Shown here: piece after piece, positions 50,695-63,234 of the stretch | Position numbering within the stretch: the stretch's first letter is position 1 | Layout of the letters: each line of letters opens with the position of its first letter | Assembly: GCF_009834535.1 (NCBI RefSeq) | Contig: NC_045697.1 | Coordinates: 77,316,001 to 77,380,000 of the forward strand | Length of the DNA: 64,000 nucleotides | Direction of reading: 5' to 3' | Origin: Camelus ferus | Taxonomy: Eukaryota | Notes under the pieces: model-generated | The model's database searches: none | Told to the model about the DNA's origin: nothing | Seen by the model: only the letters and a program-made list of their open reading frames with translations | Made by a program: the position numbers and the translations under genes

Positions 50695-53600
50695 TGTCAG
50701 TTTGGATTCTCCTGAAGCACATGTAAGACAGAGCTTGGGGTGGGAGATAGTTTTATCAGGAATCAACTCCTGGGAAAGGAGGGGAGAAGCAGCAGGAATG
50801 AGCAGAAAGAGAAATCAGACTGCAGTGCAGGTCCGAAGCCTTGGCCAGCTCGTGGGGTGCTCTGCAGTGAGTGTGGCCTGTCACAGTATCCCTGGGCAGG
50901 CAGAAATGGCTGGATTCTGCCCACCTTGCTTAGTCACTTGGTGAGGGTGGCCCAGGAAAGGCATGCCCTTAGGTGAGGTGGGTCTCTGTAGCTGAGGCAG
51001 ACCCTGAAGGATCTGACAGAAGGAAGTGTCTGCTGACCATATTCGTCACAGCCAGGCTGCCAGACCTTCCTTGGAGGGGGCTCTGGGAAATTCATCTCCA
51101 TGTCTTTCAGTACCTTTTAGATCGACTTTCCGTATAGGCTTCAAGGTGGCTCCTTCACAACCGCAGTAGGCCTCTCTTCCTGAGAGGTAATTTAGGAGAG
51201 AGTGGTTGCAGGCGGTGGGTGGGTGGGGGACTGTGGCCTCGCCCTTGCTATGGAGCTTGGGGCTGCAGTTGATACTCATCCTCTGCCTCCTTCCTGTCCG
51301 TTCTAGATTCCCTTCATCCTGAGCTTCCACCACTGCTGGCCTTGGTGGCTGACCTGGTGGCATGACTCTTCCAGGAGTGGTCTGAGCCCCAGGTTACCAC
51401 AGTTGCTATTTCTATCCCTTTACCATCACAAGAGGCACCAGACTAGCTCACATGGCTCCACACACATTCCTCCCTGCCCTCATTGTATAATAGCAGCCCT
51501 ACTTCCTCTGAATGATCCGAGTCAGTTATTCCTATCAAGGTAGGGGGCACTCCTCTTCTTCCCTACTGGTCCCTAGACACAAGCAGCTCAGCACGACAAT
51601 GCAGGAGGCAGAAGGCTGAGCTTACAATTCAGTGGGATTCCTGCTGTGCCCCAGGACAAAAGGGTGCTTCCTTTGGAGAACAGACCTCTAGCCTTTGCAG
51701 AGTATGCAGTTGTGGGGACAGGGAGCACAAGGCCTCCAGTTGGTCATTGGAAGTGATGGTAAGTGTGGTCATTCCTGCTTCTGTTCCTTTGCTCCCAGAG
51801 CTGTGTCTTCTCTCCACTGGGGATACAGTGCTTTATGAAGGTCCTTTGAGTCAGTGCATATACTGCTTCCTGGAGGACAGCACTGTCTTCACAGAGTATT
51901 GCCTTAAGTAGCACCCCAGCTCAGTAATCAGCAAGTTGCTCCAATGCTTTATGAGGCTGCCAGCTTCTGAGTGGTGCAGTATGTGATACGACCAGTGGAC
52001 TGCATGGTCATAGGCCCACTCTCCCATCTCCTCTGCTATAAAGTGGGTCCCCTTGTCTGGCAAGATGTTATATGGAATCCTTTGTTGGAGGATTAAATAC
52101 TCTGTAATCCTTTGGCTTATGATCCTGAGGCCCTGCAGGCTGGAAAGGGACACCCTCACCTGTAATATATGTCTATTCCTGTGAGAATGTACCACTGGGT
52201 CTTTTAAGATTGAAAAAACCGACTGTGATAATTTACCAAGTGGCTAGTTGGTATCCTTGACGAGTTGTACCATCTTGGGGGCTCTGCATTGGTCTCTGTT
52301 GCTGTTAGACTGGATATTTGTTGATGTTAGTAGCTAAATAAACCTTTGGGGTCTGTGTTGTTGGCTTCATGGGTAGCTTCCATCCCTGCTACCACGGCCA
52401 CTTTATGCTGGTGGCCATCATGCTAGTACTGGGGTGGCTGATGACTGAGGTTGGCTGATATTAACTGGCTGAGTCATTTTGTTGGTTACTTAGTGACTTT
52501 TCTCTGGTGGCTATTTGCTGGTGGGTGTTAACAGGGGATACAAAGATTTTTACACTTCACCCCCTTCTATATGTACATCCACATATCCCTACACCAGACC
52601 TTCCTGATCATAATGTTTGAATATTTTTCATTCTAGGAAAAAAGATGATCAGGCAATCACGATTGCTGTGATTCCATAGATAGTCTAAACTCGGGCCACT
52701 TATTTTTTCACACAAAAAAGCGGATGGCCAGGTGTACTACCTGAAGCTATGCCCATTGGGAGGACTTTCCTTCACCACTGTCTTTCAAAAACCATTACTA
52801 AGTGTGGTTGTAATGCAGCTGCTATTTTGGGGTTGCAACTACACACTGAGCCAACCCAACTGTAAACCAAACACAAACTTTTCCCTTCTCCTTCATCTGG
52901 TCATACCAGATTTCCCATAGAGCCATAGGTGTGAGCTAATGGAGGGACAGAGGTGCAACAGTTTGGATTCGGGGGAAAGGGGGAATTTGGGCCACCTGAT
53001 CATGTACTTTGCTTGTGTCCTTTGGTCCTGTTTGTATTTGGTTTCAGATGTAACACTTTGATCTTATGTTTTTGCTAGACCTACTCAAACTTGTGCTAAT
53101 AGGACCCAGCTCATAATGGCCATTTCTGCCACATGGTAACACAGTATCATGTTCAGTTAGTCTACGTTTACCAGGGTCCAGGAGTGCATAGGTTGTTTCT
53201 CAAAAAGAAAATAATTCTCTGCTGCAGATGGCATGGCCTTGTTCCAGAACCCCAGTGTCCTGAATTGTAGTTCTCCCACTGGGTCTTCCTCAAATACTCT
53301 GCAATGTTATTTCCCACCACCAATACCCCTAATACCGTAGGGTTTGCTGGATTACTGCAGAACTCTTTCCTGCTCTGGTAGCCAGAGCAGTATTCTTCTG
53401 TATGAAATATTTGCTCCCAAATCAACTATTCCCCCAAGGGAGTATCCCCAAAAGGCTCACTAAGTTTCATGCTTCCTTGTGAAATGAAATACAATACAAA
53501 ATAATTTGGTTTTTACTTCACAGAAGGTGTTCTGGAAGGTTTGAGAACTGGTTTCCTACAATTTTACTATGTGCTAGGATTTCTTTCCTGCTCTCTGTGT

Positions 53601-53800
53601 CTTATTCAGCATACTAGCTGCCACTTGCTTATCTGCTCTGATTGAGGTAATGCTATCAGTGTAATAAAACAGTGTAGTTTTACAGGAAGTCCAGATGATA
53701 GCCAGATCTCTTCAGACTTTATTACGACAGAAGTTGGGAGAAAAGACCTGTGAAAAGACTATAAATGTATACTGTTCTTCATCCCATGTGAATGGAAACT
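50695..53800 (-). mobile_element. Degenerate ERVL-class provirus: LTR (about 50695-51110) plus pol remnants
   Basis: ORF 51851-52195 gives IPYNILPDKGTHFIAEEMGEWAYDHAVHWSYHILHHSEAGSLIKHWSNLL, resembling the ERVL integrase core (SDQGTHF...WxYH.PYHP.AAGLIE.WNGLL). RT/RNase H-like remnants at 52.5-53.8 kb. Confidence 0.8.
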
Positions 53801-54699
53801 GTTTCTGATATTCTTTTCTGCTTAAAATACTTACAGTGGTTTTGGTTTTTGTGATCAAATTATTATTGATATACTTTATAGTACTGCTAAAACTAGAATC
53901 AAGGTTCTTATCTCTAAAAGGAATTTAATTGAAACAAATATTAAACTTTAGGTAGGTGGTGGAATTTCTAAGCTTAGAAAAAATAGAAAAAAACAAAAAG
54001 AAAAGAATTTATATATCCAAATTATATTAAAATTTTTATAACAAAAAAAGCACTGAAAAAAATGAACATACATGTAACTCAGGATACTATTAAAAACAAT
54101 TAAAAAATCAAAATGATATAAAGAAAATAGTAAAGACATAAGCAATAGTAAATAAATCAGAAAGTCAAATAGTAGATTTGATTAAAAAATGAGTCATTTT
54201 GAGAAATAATTTTAAAAAGAGAGAGTAAAACAATTTTAGAGGAAAGCTATTGAAACAGACATTCTTAGGGGCTGCCAACATCCATGATCTTTATAATAGG
54301 TTCCCAATTTTCTGTGTGGAATTATCTTTCTTCTGTGAGTTGTTTTGGTGGGAGAACCATGTGCTTTCCAAGTGGCAGTTGAGAAATCTATATCTAGCCT
54401 CTTTCCATTCCCTTTTATAGCCCAGGGACTGATCAAAGAGTCTCCCTCTCTGGTGTTTCAGTCAAAAGAAACAGTTGTGAATTATTTATTGCAGCAGTAG
54501 CAATTTATCAGTCAGACATTTTCAGCTATAAGATAAGCTTCCTTTGATTCCTTTTGGCTTTGTTAAGTGCCGTTAATTCTTAAGCCTAGATGCTTAGCCT
54601 CCTTCTGTACTGTGAACATCTAATAATTTCCAAATTAATTTTCTTTTACTAAAGTTAGCTAGAGTAGGTTTCATGGCTTGTCACTTAGAACCTTAAATG

Positions 54700-55640
54700 A
54701 TAGTATCATGTGCAATTTATCAAATAATCTGAAGAGCTAGAAGAAAATTTCAAGGAAAACAGAATTATCAGGACTCAGAGAGAAAGAGAAAGTTCAAATA
54801 AATTAATAGCTAAGAAGAAATAGAAAAGTTAGATTTTAAACTTCCAAAGATACTAAGTTTTACTGTTTTAAGAAAGATCATTCCTCAGTTATTTAAACTT
54901 TTCCAGAATACAGAAAAAGATAAAAAGCTCTCCAACTTATTAGCAATAATCTGATACACTTATCTAAAACTGAGTGAGCCTCTGAAAGAAATATATAAGC
55001 TAATCTTAATAATAATTATTAATTAATCTGATTATTAATATACATGCAATGACCCTAAATAAAATATTAGCAAACCATATGTCATAAACTACAATATAGT
55101 AAAAGAATAACATATCATGATTAAGTGGGGACCATTTCAGAAATACGGGGGTGTTCAACATTAGGATATCTATTAATGTAATTCAGTATATTAAAATCTT
55201 TAATTATTTAAAATAATAGATTAAATAAGAGAATCTGTATAACTATACCATAAGATATGGAAAAGGCATTTGATATGAGCTGAATGCCAATTCCTAATTC
55301 TTAAAAAATGAACAATCTAAGGAAAGAACAAATATCATTAACCTGATAAAGGGTAGAAACCAATAGTAAACACCACATACAACGCTGAAACACTAGAGCC
55401 AAACCTACTGGAGTCTGGAATAAAACCAAGGATGCCATATTTCAATACTGTTGTTATTATTGGAAGCAATAAACATGAAACATTTATAAATATTGAAGTA
55501 GAAGAGACAAAACTGCCATTATTTGCAGGTGAAATGACTGTCTACTTGGATAACTGAAAAACCACTAGCCCTAATGTCAAAGTTTATTAAAGTGATTGGA
55601 TACAAAATCAATATAAGGAAATGACTTTCCTATTTGTCAG
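54700..55640 (+). mobile_element. Old L1 ORF2 (reverse transcriptase) remnants
   Basis: CTGCCATTATTTGCAGGTGAAATGACTGTCTACTTGGA near 55513-55550 is a decayed LSLFADDMIVYL motif. Confidence 0.75.
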
Positions 55641-56462
55641 TACTTAACAAAAAGAAAGTGTAATGGATGGGTCACAATGCCTGACATTCTATATAGTTTC
55701 TATCTCTTCCCTCAGAATTTCAGTGAAAATAAATATAAAAATAATTCCATTGCATCATCAAAAAATAAAGAGGGATTCTACCAACAGGATACAAACAGTG
55801 AAAGATTTACTGGAATATAGACAATAGAGAGGAAGAGATTAACTGCGAAACTTAAAGGAGTTTTAAGAAATGTTAAACTGATATAGGTGACAATAAACAT
55901 ATCCAGAATAAGGGAGACAACAAAATAAAGACAGTGCAATATGATAGAAGCGATAGACTAGGTGATCAATTAAATAAAGGGCAAAACAATTGAGCCAGCA
56001 TTCCATTCTCGGGGAAACTTACTTCAGCGTGTGCTCCAGGTTAAAGCCTACAGAAGGCTCCCTGCAGTGCATGTACTAACCCAGTGACCCTGGAGTGGAC
56101 ACTAGGGCAGGAGAGGCAAAGAACCATTCTAGGCACATGCAACTTCACGAGGTTCAGGCAATCTCTGCACTTAATAAACAAGCCATAAGCAAGCTCCCTA
56201 GGCTTCACATCCCACCCCAACTTCTCCTACACAGTCATCCACACAGGGCTCTGCAGTCAGAATCAACACAACCAGTATGTACTGCACAATAAAAAGAAAA
56301 ATAAAGACCAATCTCATTTATGATTATAGGTGCAAAAATCCTAAACGGAACATGAGCAAACTGATATGAACAAAATCTTAAATGGGATTCAACAGTCTAT
56401 TTAATAATAACATTAACATGTATTTGACAAATTTTTATACACACACACACACATATGTACAC

Positions 56463-56976
56463 TGAGGTGGGAAGCCCCATGAAAAAGATGGCAGGACCCC
56501 CAGGCAGGGCCACTACCCTCCTGCAAGCACCATTCGGTTCCCTGGCCCTGAGGCATTATCTCACTTTTTAAACTCTGAAATGGCTTACTTCTAGGAAAGC
56601 GGAACTTATCCCTAAGATTCTATTGGTTCCCTGAGCTAACTCCTGATTGGTCCATTTCCCTCACTCCTGACTGGTCCATTTCCCTCACTCCTGATTGGTC
56701 CATTTCTACAAAGCTTGTTCCTAATTAGTCACCTTTGTTATACCTTATTTGCATATGATGTTACAAAATGTTGCAAAGTCTAGACTGGTAGCCAATAAAA
56801 GCCTGTGTAAACCTACAGATGGGGTCCAGAGCTTGGAGTGTTAACTCCTCTGGGCCTGCCGGTGTAATAAACCTGAGTTCTCCAACTCTCCAAGTGCTGC
56901 TTGGTCTCTCGCCCGGATCCAGGTCTCTGTCACAACTGAGCTGAAACACTGAGCTGTAACACACTTTGCTGCAACA
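56463..56976 (+). mobile_element. Solo ERV LTR with an internal 24-bp tandem repeat
   Basis: TG...CA ends (TGAGGTGGG...GCTGCAACA), CCAATAAAA near 56792, AATAAA near 56866, repeat at 56640-56706. Confidence 0.8.
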
Positions 56977-57959
56977 CATAGGTGCAAGTAAATAAGTAAT
57001 TATGTTAATGTCATAATTTCAGGGTAGGAGAGGCACACGTTTAAATTCAAAGAAGCAAAAACCTTTTAGTCTCAACTTTGAATTGGATGTTGACAGTGAA
57101 CCATAATTTTTTTTTCTTTCTAAAAATAAGTACTGCCTGTCTCCACTGATAAGGCACAGAAGTCATGACCACCCCTAGTGCCAGATTGTGTTCTTTACAT
57201 ACCATCTCCTATTAAAAGAAAAAAAGGCTCCTTAAAGAAAGGGCTGGAGTATGAAAGGTATAAGATATGTCAGGTAGAGGCACTTTGTATCAGAAAGTAA
57301 GGAAGCTATCAGAGGCTAGTAAGTGATATTAAAAGACATAGGACCGAACTTGAAGGAGTTCTCACAAGCCAAAGATGAAATAATTTAAGCCTTAAAAAGG
57401 ACAATAATAACAAAGGATTTAAATAAAAATAAATATTTAAAAATAATGAAGAAAAATTCTTTATTTCAGCTAATAACTGCTGAAGTAATGATAAAATTAG
57501 CATACCACCATTTTGCAACCCCTCAAGAGTGGATGAATCCAGGTGAGGATGAATCAATAGCTGCTAAAACCATCAGGTTTAAAGCTGGCAGGGAAATTTC
57601 TAACAGATGGATCAGGGTGACATACCGATTCCACTGATCATCTTAACGTTGCCAAGAAGAAACAACAGATGTCATATGCCTCCCCATGTGATGGTGTAAG
57701 AAGTGTTCTTGAAAAAAAAAAATTGAATCTCAACATCATCAATTCCCCAGTTCTCACTACCAGTCAACTATCAGTTTATAGAAAACACAGAGGATAGAGA
57801 AACATGGTTAATACCACCAAGAAGATGGGAAATTCTATAAGATAAAACAAATAGATGCCATGACAAAAAATAGGGAAAGGAAATTGATACAGAATAAAAG
57901 AAACTTAAGAGACATATCAACTAAACGTAATGCATGGATGGAGCTTGTACGTAAAAAAT

Positions 57960-59900
57960 GAATTGTATTATAGAGATCTCATTTTTCTTTTGTGATTTCC
58001 TTGCATAATTTGCTTGTTTTACACTTTGTTAGCACCCGTTTTACAAACATGACTTAAGAGTTCAATGCTGTGATTTTTGAAGACAGAGTGAACGATGAAA
58101 AAGAATTCTAGGCAATTCTGATAGTAAAAAAGAATCACAACTTAAAAATGCAGCAATGGCTCCAGCAAAATTGAAAAGACAAAAACAAACAAACAAACAA
58201 ACAAACAAAAAAAACACAGTAAAGGAGCAAATAATTTCAAGTGGCCTTTGGAACCCCAGAGTAAAAAATCTGTTTTAAAAAAGTCACCTTTTAGAAAAGT
58301 AAGTTATTAAGTGGCAGAACCTTTTGACTAACAAAGGGAAAAAAGTTCCAAAGTTGGTAAGAACATCACAATTCTAGTATGTAGATTTATAGAGAGTAAA
58401 ATGTAAGAACAAGACATAATATGAGAAACTAAAAAGGTTTCACTCTTAAATTTCAATAAATTGATATAACTGATGACATATTACATGATGCTAAAGATAT
58501 TTTTGTATAATAAGCCAAAAAACAACTTTTATTCAGGTTGATAAATCAACAGATTTCAACAACAAATGTCTTAGGATAGCACCTGTGCGATATGTAAATT
58601 GTGGTGAAATTCGAGAAAATTTTTCTGCTATAAAATGCTGCCCCAAACAAGCAAAGGCTAAGATACATTTACTGTTTTGTCTTCATATTGGAAACAAAAG
58701 GTACATCTTGGAGGAAATGAGTTGGCATCTGCACTGATGGTGCCCTGTCAATGATCTGAGCATTGTTCCCTGAGAGGGTTCACTCTCATAAAAGAGAAAA
58801 TCCTGATGTATTCACAACACACTGCTCTCCTCCTAGAGAGGTGCTGGTGTTAGAAACGTTTGGAGCTGAAATGAAAAGAATTCTGGATGATGCTACAAAA
58901 ATGATTAAACTTGTCAAAGGCCAGTTTACTTGAGAATATTTAAAAAACTATGTGAATACCTGGACAAAAGACCAAATAAATCTGCCATATACATAAAATC
59001 TTATGACTTAAGAGATCACTGGATCTGGAGGAAGCTAGCTGCCATGTTGTGAGAATGCTTAAGTACTCTGTAAAGAGGCCCACGTGGCAAGGAACTGAGT
59101 GTCCTTGGCAACAGAGAGCATTAGCTTGCTAGGCACATGAGTGAGCCACCTCAGAAATTGATCCTCCACCCTCAGTTGTGCTTTCAGATGTCTCTAGCCC
59201 CTGTCAACATCATGACTGCAACCTCATGAGACCTGGAGCCAGAACCATCCAGCTAAGCTGCTCCTGAGTTTCTGATTTACAGAGATTATGCAAGATAATG
59301 TTTATTGTATCAAGCCACTAAATGTTGGGGTAATTTGTTACACAGTGAAACTAGTATTGATTTTGGTTAACAGGATGTTTGAGCTGAAAAGTGAACTGTG
59401 GGAATACGAGGGCCTGGAAGAAAATATTTATATCAAGTGACAAGATTCTTAGTTTTAAATGGAAACTGAATCTTTGGAAAAAGCATGTGGCAATAGGAAT
59501 CGCCGAAATGTTTCTGCTGCTGCTTGTACTTGAGAGAGAGCAAATTTCAAGTTGAGATCAAACCACCTGGAGGAATTGCAGAACAGGAAGAGTTTGTGAG
59601 ATTATGGTTATAAATGTAAGATGAAATTTACTGACTTGCCCTTCTACAAGTGCTGGATTTCTGTGAAAGCAACCTACCATTCATACAAAAGTAATAAACA
59701 TTTTATCATTCCAACTTCCTGTGTGAGCAAGCTTTTTCTTACTGAATGAGCATGAAGAACAGTGACAGAAATCATCTCATTTCAGTTGAAAATGAAATCT
59801 GTGTATGCCAGTCTCAAGATCAACTCAGAATTGACTATATACACAGCAAAAGACAAGCAAAGATTTCATACTAAGCAGGTAAATACCATTTTTTTTAGTT
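57960..59900 (+). mobile_element. hAT-Charlie DNA transposon remnant interrupted by an MLT1 LTR (about 59010-59350)
   Basis: 58721-58753 translates VGICTDGALSM, the Charlie/Buster transposase CTDGA motif, followed by a decayed THC..HRE motif near 58815-58845. Confidence 0.78.
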
Positions 59901-60029
59901 TCAAAAATAATACTTTCATACACATATAGGAAGAGATTAATATTCATTAAAATCAAATTGCAATCTACTAAATTAAATGAAAATTTGAAGTTTCTTCTCC
60001 CACTTATTTTGCATCAGAATTGATATCCT

Positions 60030-60137
60030 ATTATAATAACTATAAATGGAATATAACATTTAAAGCTATAAATCACTATATTGTACACCTGTAACTTATA
60101 TAATATTGTATAACAACTATACTTCAATTTAAAAAAA
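60030..60137 (+). mobile_element. Short L1 3' end with a perfect 14-bp TSD
   Basis: AGAATTGATATCCT at 60016-60029 and 60138-60151 flank ...AACTATACTTCAATTTAAAAAAA. Confidence 0.82.
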
Positions 60138-62599
60138 AGAATTGATATCCTTTGTGAGAAGGGGGAAACTACATACAGTAGGCTATTAAGTTGGACAAAA
60201 ATAAACAGATTCATGGAAAAACACCATTCTGTACTCAAAAGAGCACCGAGTTGTACAACAATGTGAACCACTGAACTATACACTTCAAAATTAATAATGT
60301 GGTACAGTTTATGTTATGTGTATTTTACCACAGCTGAAAAAAAGAGCATAGACAATTATCATTGGATTATTATGTCTACATGTCTATAAACTGCTGATCA
60401 TGTTAACATAACAAGATGGTGATACACATATATATAAAATTTGTATGCAGGATTTTCTGACATAAAAATTACTTCAATGGTTCCTCCAGGGTAAAAAAGA
60501 TAGAAAAAGGCTGATCTAGTGGGTGGGAAATAGAGATTTTTCAAGAAGGAAGTGTTCTACAATGGCAGAGAAAGAGAAGCAAGATCATGATGCTGGCCTG
60601 ATGGGGTGGAGAAATGGTGTATAGCTGGAGTGAAATAAAATTAATTATATAGAAAGTTTAATCAATGGAGAAAGTTTATCTTAGAGTTGTTGCTAAAGGA
60701 AATGGGGAATTACTTGGGGTCCTGAGAATGGCTTTGGTATGAGGAAACTTAATAAGTTCAGTATGTCATCATATGCAGTACAGATGGAAGAAAAGTTAAG
60801 ACCAGAATCATTTATTTTGAGGCAACAAAGATGCTCAGAATGTGAGGATGTTGTAGTTCTCTGTAATTATTTCTGGAGTTTTGAGTTGTAGATTATATTG
60901 GGTGATTCAGGGTAGGAATAACAGAGGAAAGTGTGACAGAGACAACAGGAGGCTTATAACAACAGTACAAAGCTACTTTAGAATGAATGAATAGAAATTG
61001 ATATCTTTAAATAAGAGAGACTGCAACCAAGGCTGGGTGGGATGGTGACAATGATGGTAGAGAAGGAGGGTGCTCAAAGGTTTCAGTCCACAGATTCGGA
61101 AACCAAGAGTATGATGCTACCATGAGGACAAACAGGGAATTGGAATGATGAGTAATTTGGAAAGAGGAAGGAATGAGATTGTGGGTGGTGGTGCAGAAAA
61201 GGACTGAGGACTGTGAGAATCTATGGTTCTAGTTTGTCCTTCTAACTAGCTGAGGAAGTCAATTCGCTTCTCTGAATGTCAATTCCTTACATGTAAAATA
61301 AAGGGGCACCATGTAATCTCGAAAGCCCCATAAAAATTCAGTGGTTTCATCACATTGAGTTGGAGACAACAGTGAAGTATCAAAGGGAGAGAAAACACTG
61401 AACATCAACAAAGCAAAACAGAGCAGGGCAGTTATGAATAACTCTTCCTCTGTATGATGTATAGAATTTAAAGTACATTTGACAAATCTGAATAAAAATT
61501 CATTGATCAAATTTCCTTTCTATATTACTGTTAGGTGCTTTCTCAAGAAACTTATACTTTAGTGAGAGGACATATTGTGATTCCTAGCATTTCCGCAGTT
61601 AGGTTTACGAAGTTCTTCCAATATGAAAATAACCCTCTGAAAAAGGTACCAATCCCCACCCTCTTTCAAAGAAGCGGTTGACTGTGTTAAATACTAAAGT
61701 AAGGTCTCAGAAGATTCGAGTGAAAAGAGACCAACCAAATTTAATAAATGGGAGATGGCTAGCTTTTTTTGGGAGAAAAGTTTTAGCGGAAGTCAGATAC
61801 TAAAGGCTTAAAGACAGAAGGGGAGAGGGGCTTGTAGTATCGACAGTGTACAGCCTATCGGTGCTCAAAACGTACTTGACAGAAGAATAAACTATCTGGT
61901 ACGAAAGATAAAAATATATAATCAGCTTTCTGTCAGATAACATAGTATTTTAAAAGTATATGCACGCACGCATTTTTTTTTTCCCTTTAGTGAAACCGTA
62001 GGACAAATCGACAGCATAGGACAGCCCACAATTGCGCGTACTTCAAATGATCCGGAAGAAACAAGCGACTCGAAAGAACGCAGACATTCTCTTCCACTGA
62101 GTTCCGACGCGACCAGACCCACCTCCCGCCAGCGCGCGGCTCGAAACTCCTCAGAGCTTCGGGCGGAACAGCTGCAGGAGCTGGCAACCAACTGACGAGC
62201 GCCGGGACCGCAGTGCAACCTGAGAAGCCAGAACGCACGGCCAATCCGCTCCTGCCAGGACCCCGCCGGGCTGCTGGGAGAGAGGCTGTCCCTGACGCCA
62301 GCCATCTCCAAGGGCAACCCCGCGGCGGCACTTCCTGCAGCGCCCTAAGGTAAAGGACGCCGCTATTGTACGTCACTTCCTTACTCGCGGTAGGCAAGTA
62401 GACGTAACTGTCTTACGTTAGCGGTTGAAATTAGATCTTATTGATACTCCTACAGCGCTGAACGTTGTTTCGGAAAAGTGACAGCGTTGCTGGTTCTGCC
62501 GGTGGCCGGCTGGTTTTGTAACCCAGTTATTCGACTGTTTAGTCGGTCCCCCACCTCCTCACCCCCCGCTTTGTGCCGGTACGGTGGCCGAGGAGGCTC

Positions 62600-62663
62600 T
62601 CGTGCGGCGGAAGTACCGGGCGGGTGGGTGTGCGTACCCGGGACTGAGGTGCACGTGGCGCCG
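62600..62663 (+). other. GAR1: GAR1 non-coding 5' exon (start approximate)
   Basis: Strong donor CCG|GTGAGT at 62663/62664 upstream of the acceptor tttttttcaccag| at 62999. Confidence 0.65.
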
Positions 62664-63011
62664 GTGAGTGGCGGGAGAGGGCTGGGAGATTTGAGAATGC
62701 TGGACACGGAACCCAGCGTAGGGCGGGAGGGAATGCGACCGAGGACCTTGCTGCCTGGTGGGGGAGGAGATACTAACCGGGGGCGACGCGGCTAGTGAGT
62801 GCTTGGTCCGAGCTCACAGGGCTATGGGGAGGTGACACTCTTCGGGCTCGTCACTGGCGGCCTGGCCGTGGGTGAGGTGGCAGGGTTGCTATTATTATTA
62901 TGTCCCCTTTTATGGTGTTCCGACCGAAGCTCAGAGGGGTTCGGCGCTGTACCCAGGAGGCCACAATGATCGAAAGGCACGCACTGTTTTTTTCACCAGG
63001 TAGGAGCGAGC

Positions 63012-63234
63012 ATGTCTTTCCGAGGCGGAGGTCGTGGAGGCTTTAATCGAGGTGGCGGCTTCGGTCGCGGCGGCAGCAACAACCACTTCCGAGGTGGAGG
63101 CGGCGGTAATTTCAGAGGCGGTGGCGGCGGTAATTTCAGAGGCGGCGGCGGCGGCAGAGGAGGATTTGGACGAGGGGGTGGCCGCGGAGGCTTTAACAAA
63201 GGCCAAGACCAAGGACCTCCAGAACAAGTAGTTT
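63012..63234 (+). CDS. GAR1: H/ACA ribonucleoprotein subunit GAR1, first coding exon (N-terminal RGG domain); gene continues beyond the window
   Basis: MSFRGGGRGGFNRGG...GGFNKGQDQGPPEQVV(L). Acceptor at 62999/63000 and donor T|GTATGT at 63234/63235. Confidence 0.96.

Noticed and set aside
51851..52195. Functional or domesticated retroviral integrase
   Set aside because: A short fragment with the catalytic Glu position altered (LIKHW) and surrounding pol frames disrupted.
61922..63231. Antisense and alternative-frame ORFs over the GAR1 island (poly-Ala, poly-Pro)
   Set aside because: Shadow frames of GGC-rich RGG codons and GC-rich promoter DNA.
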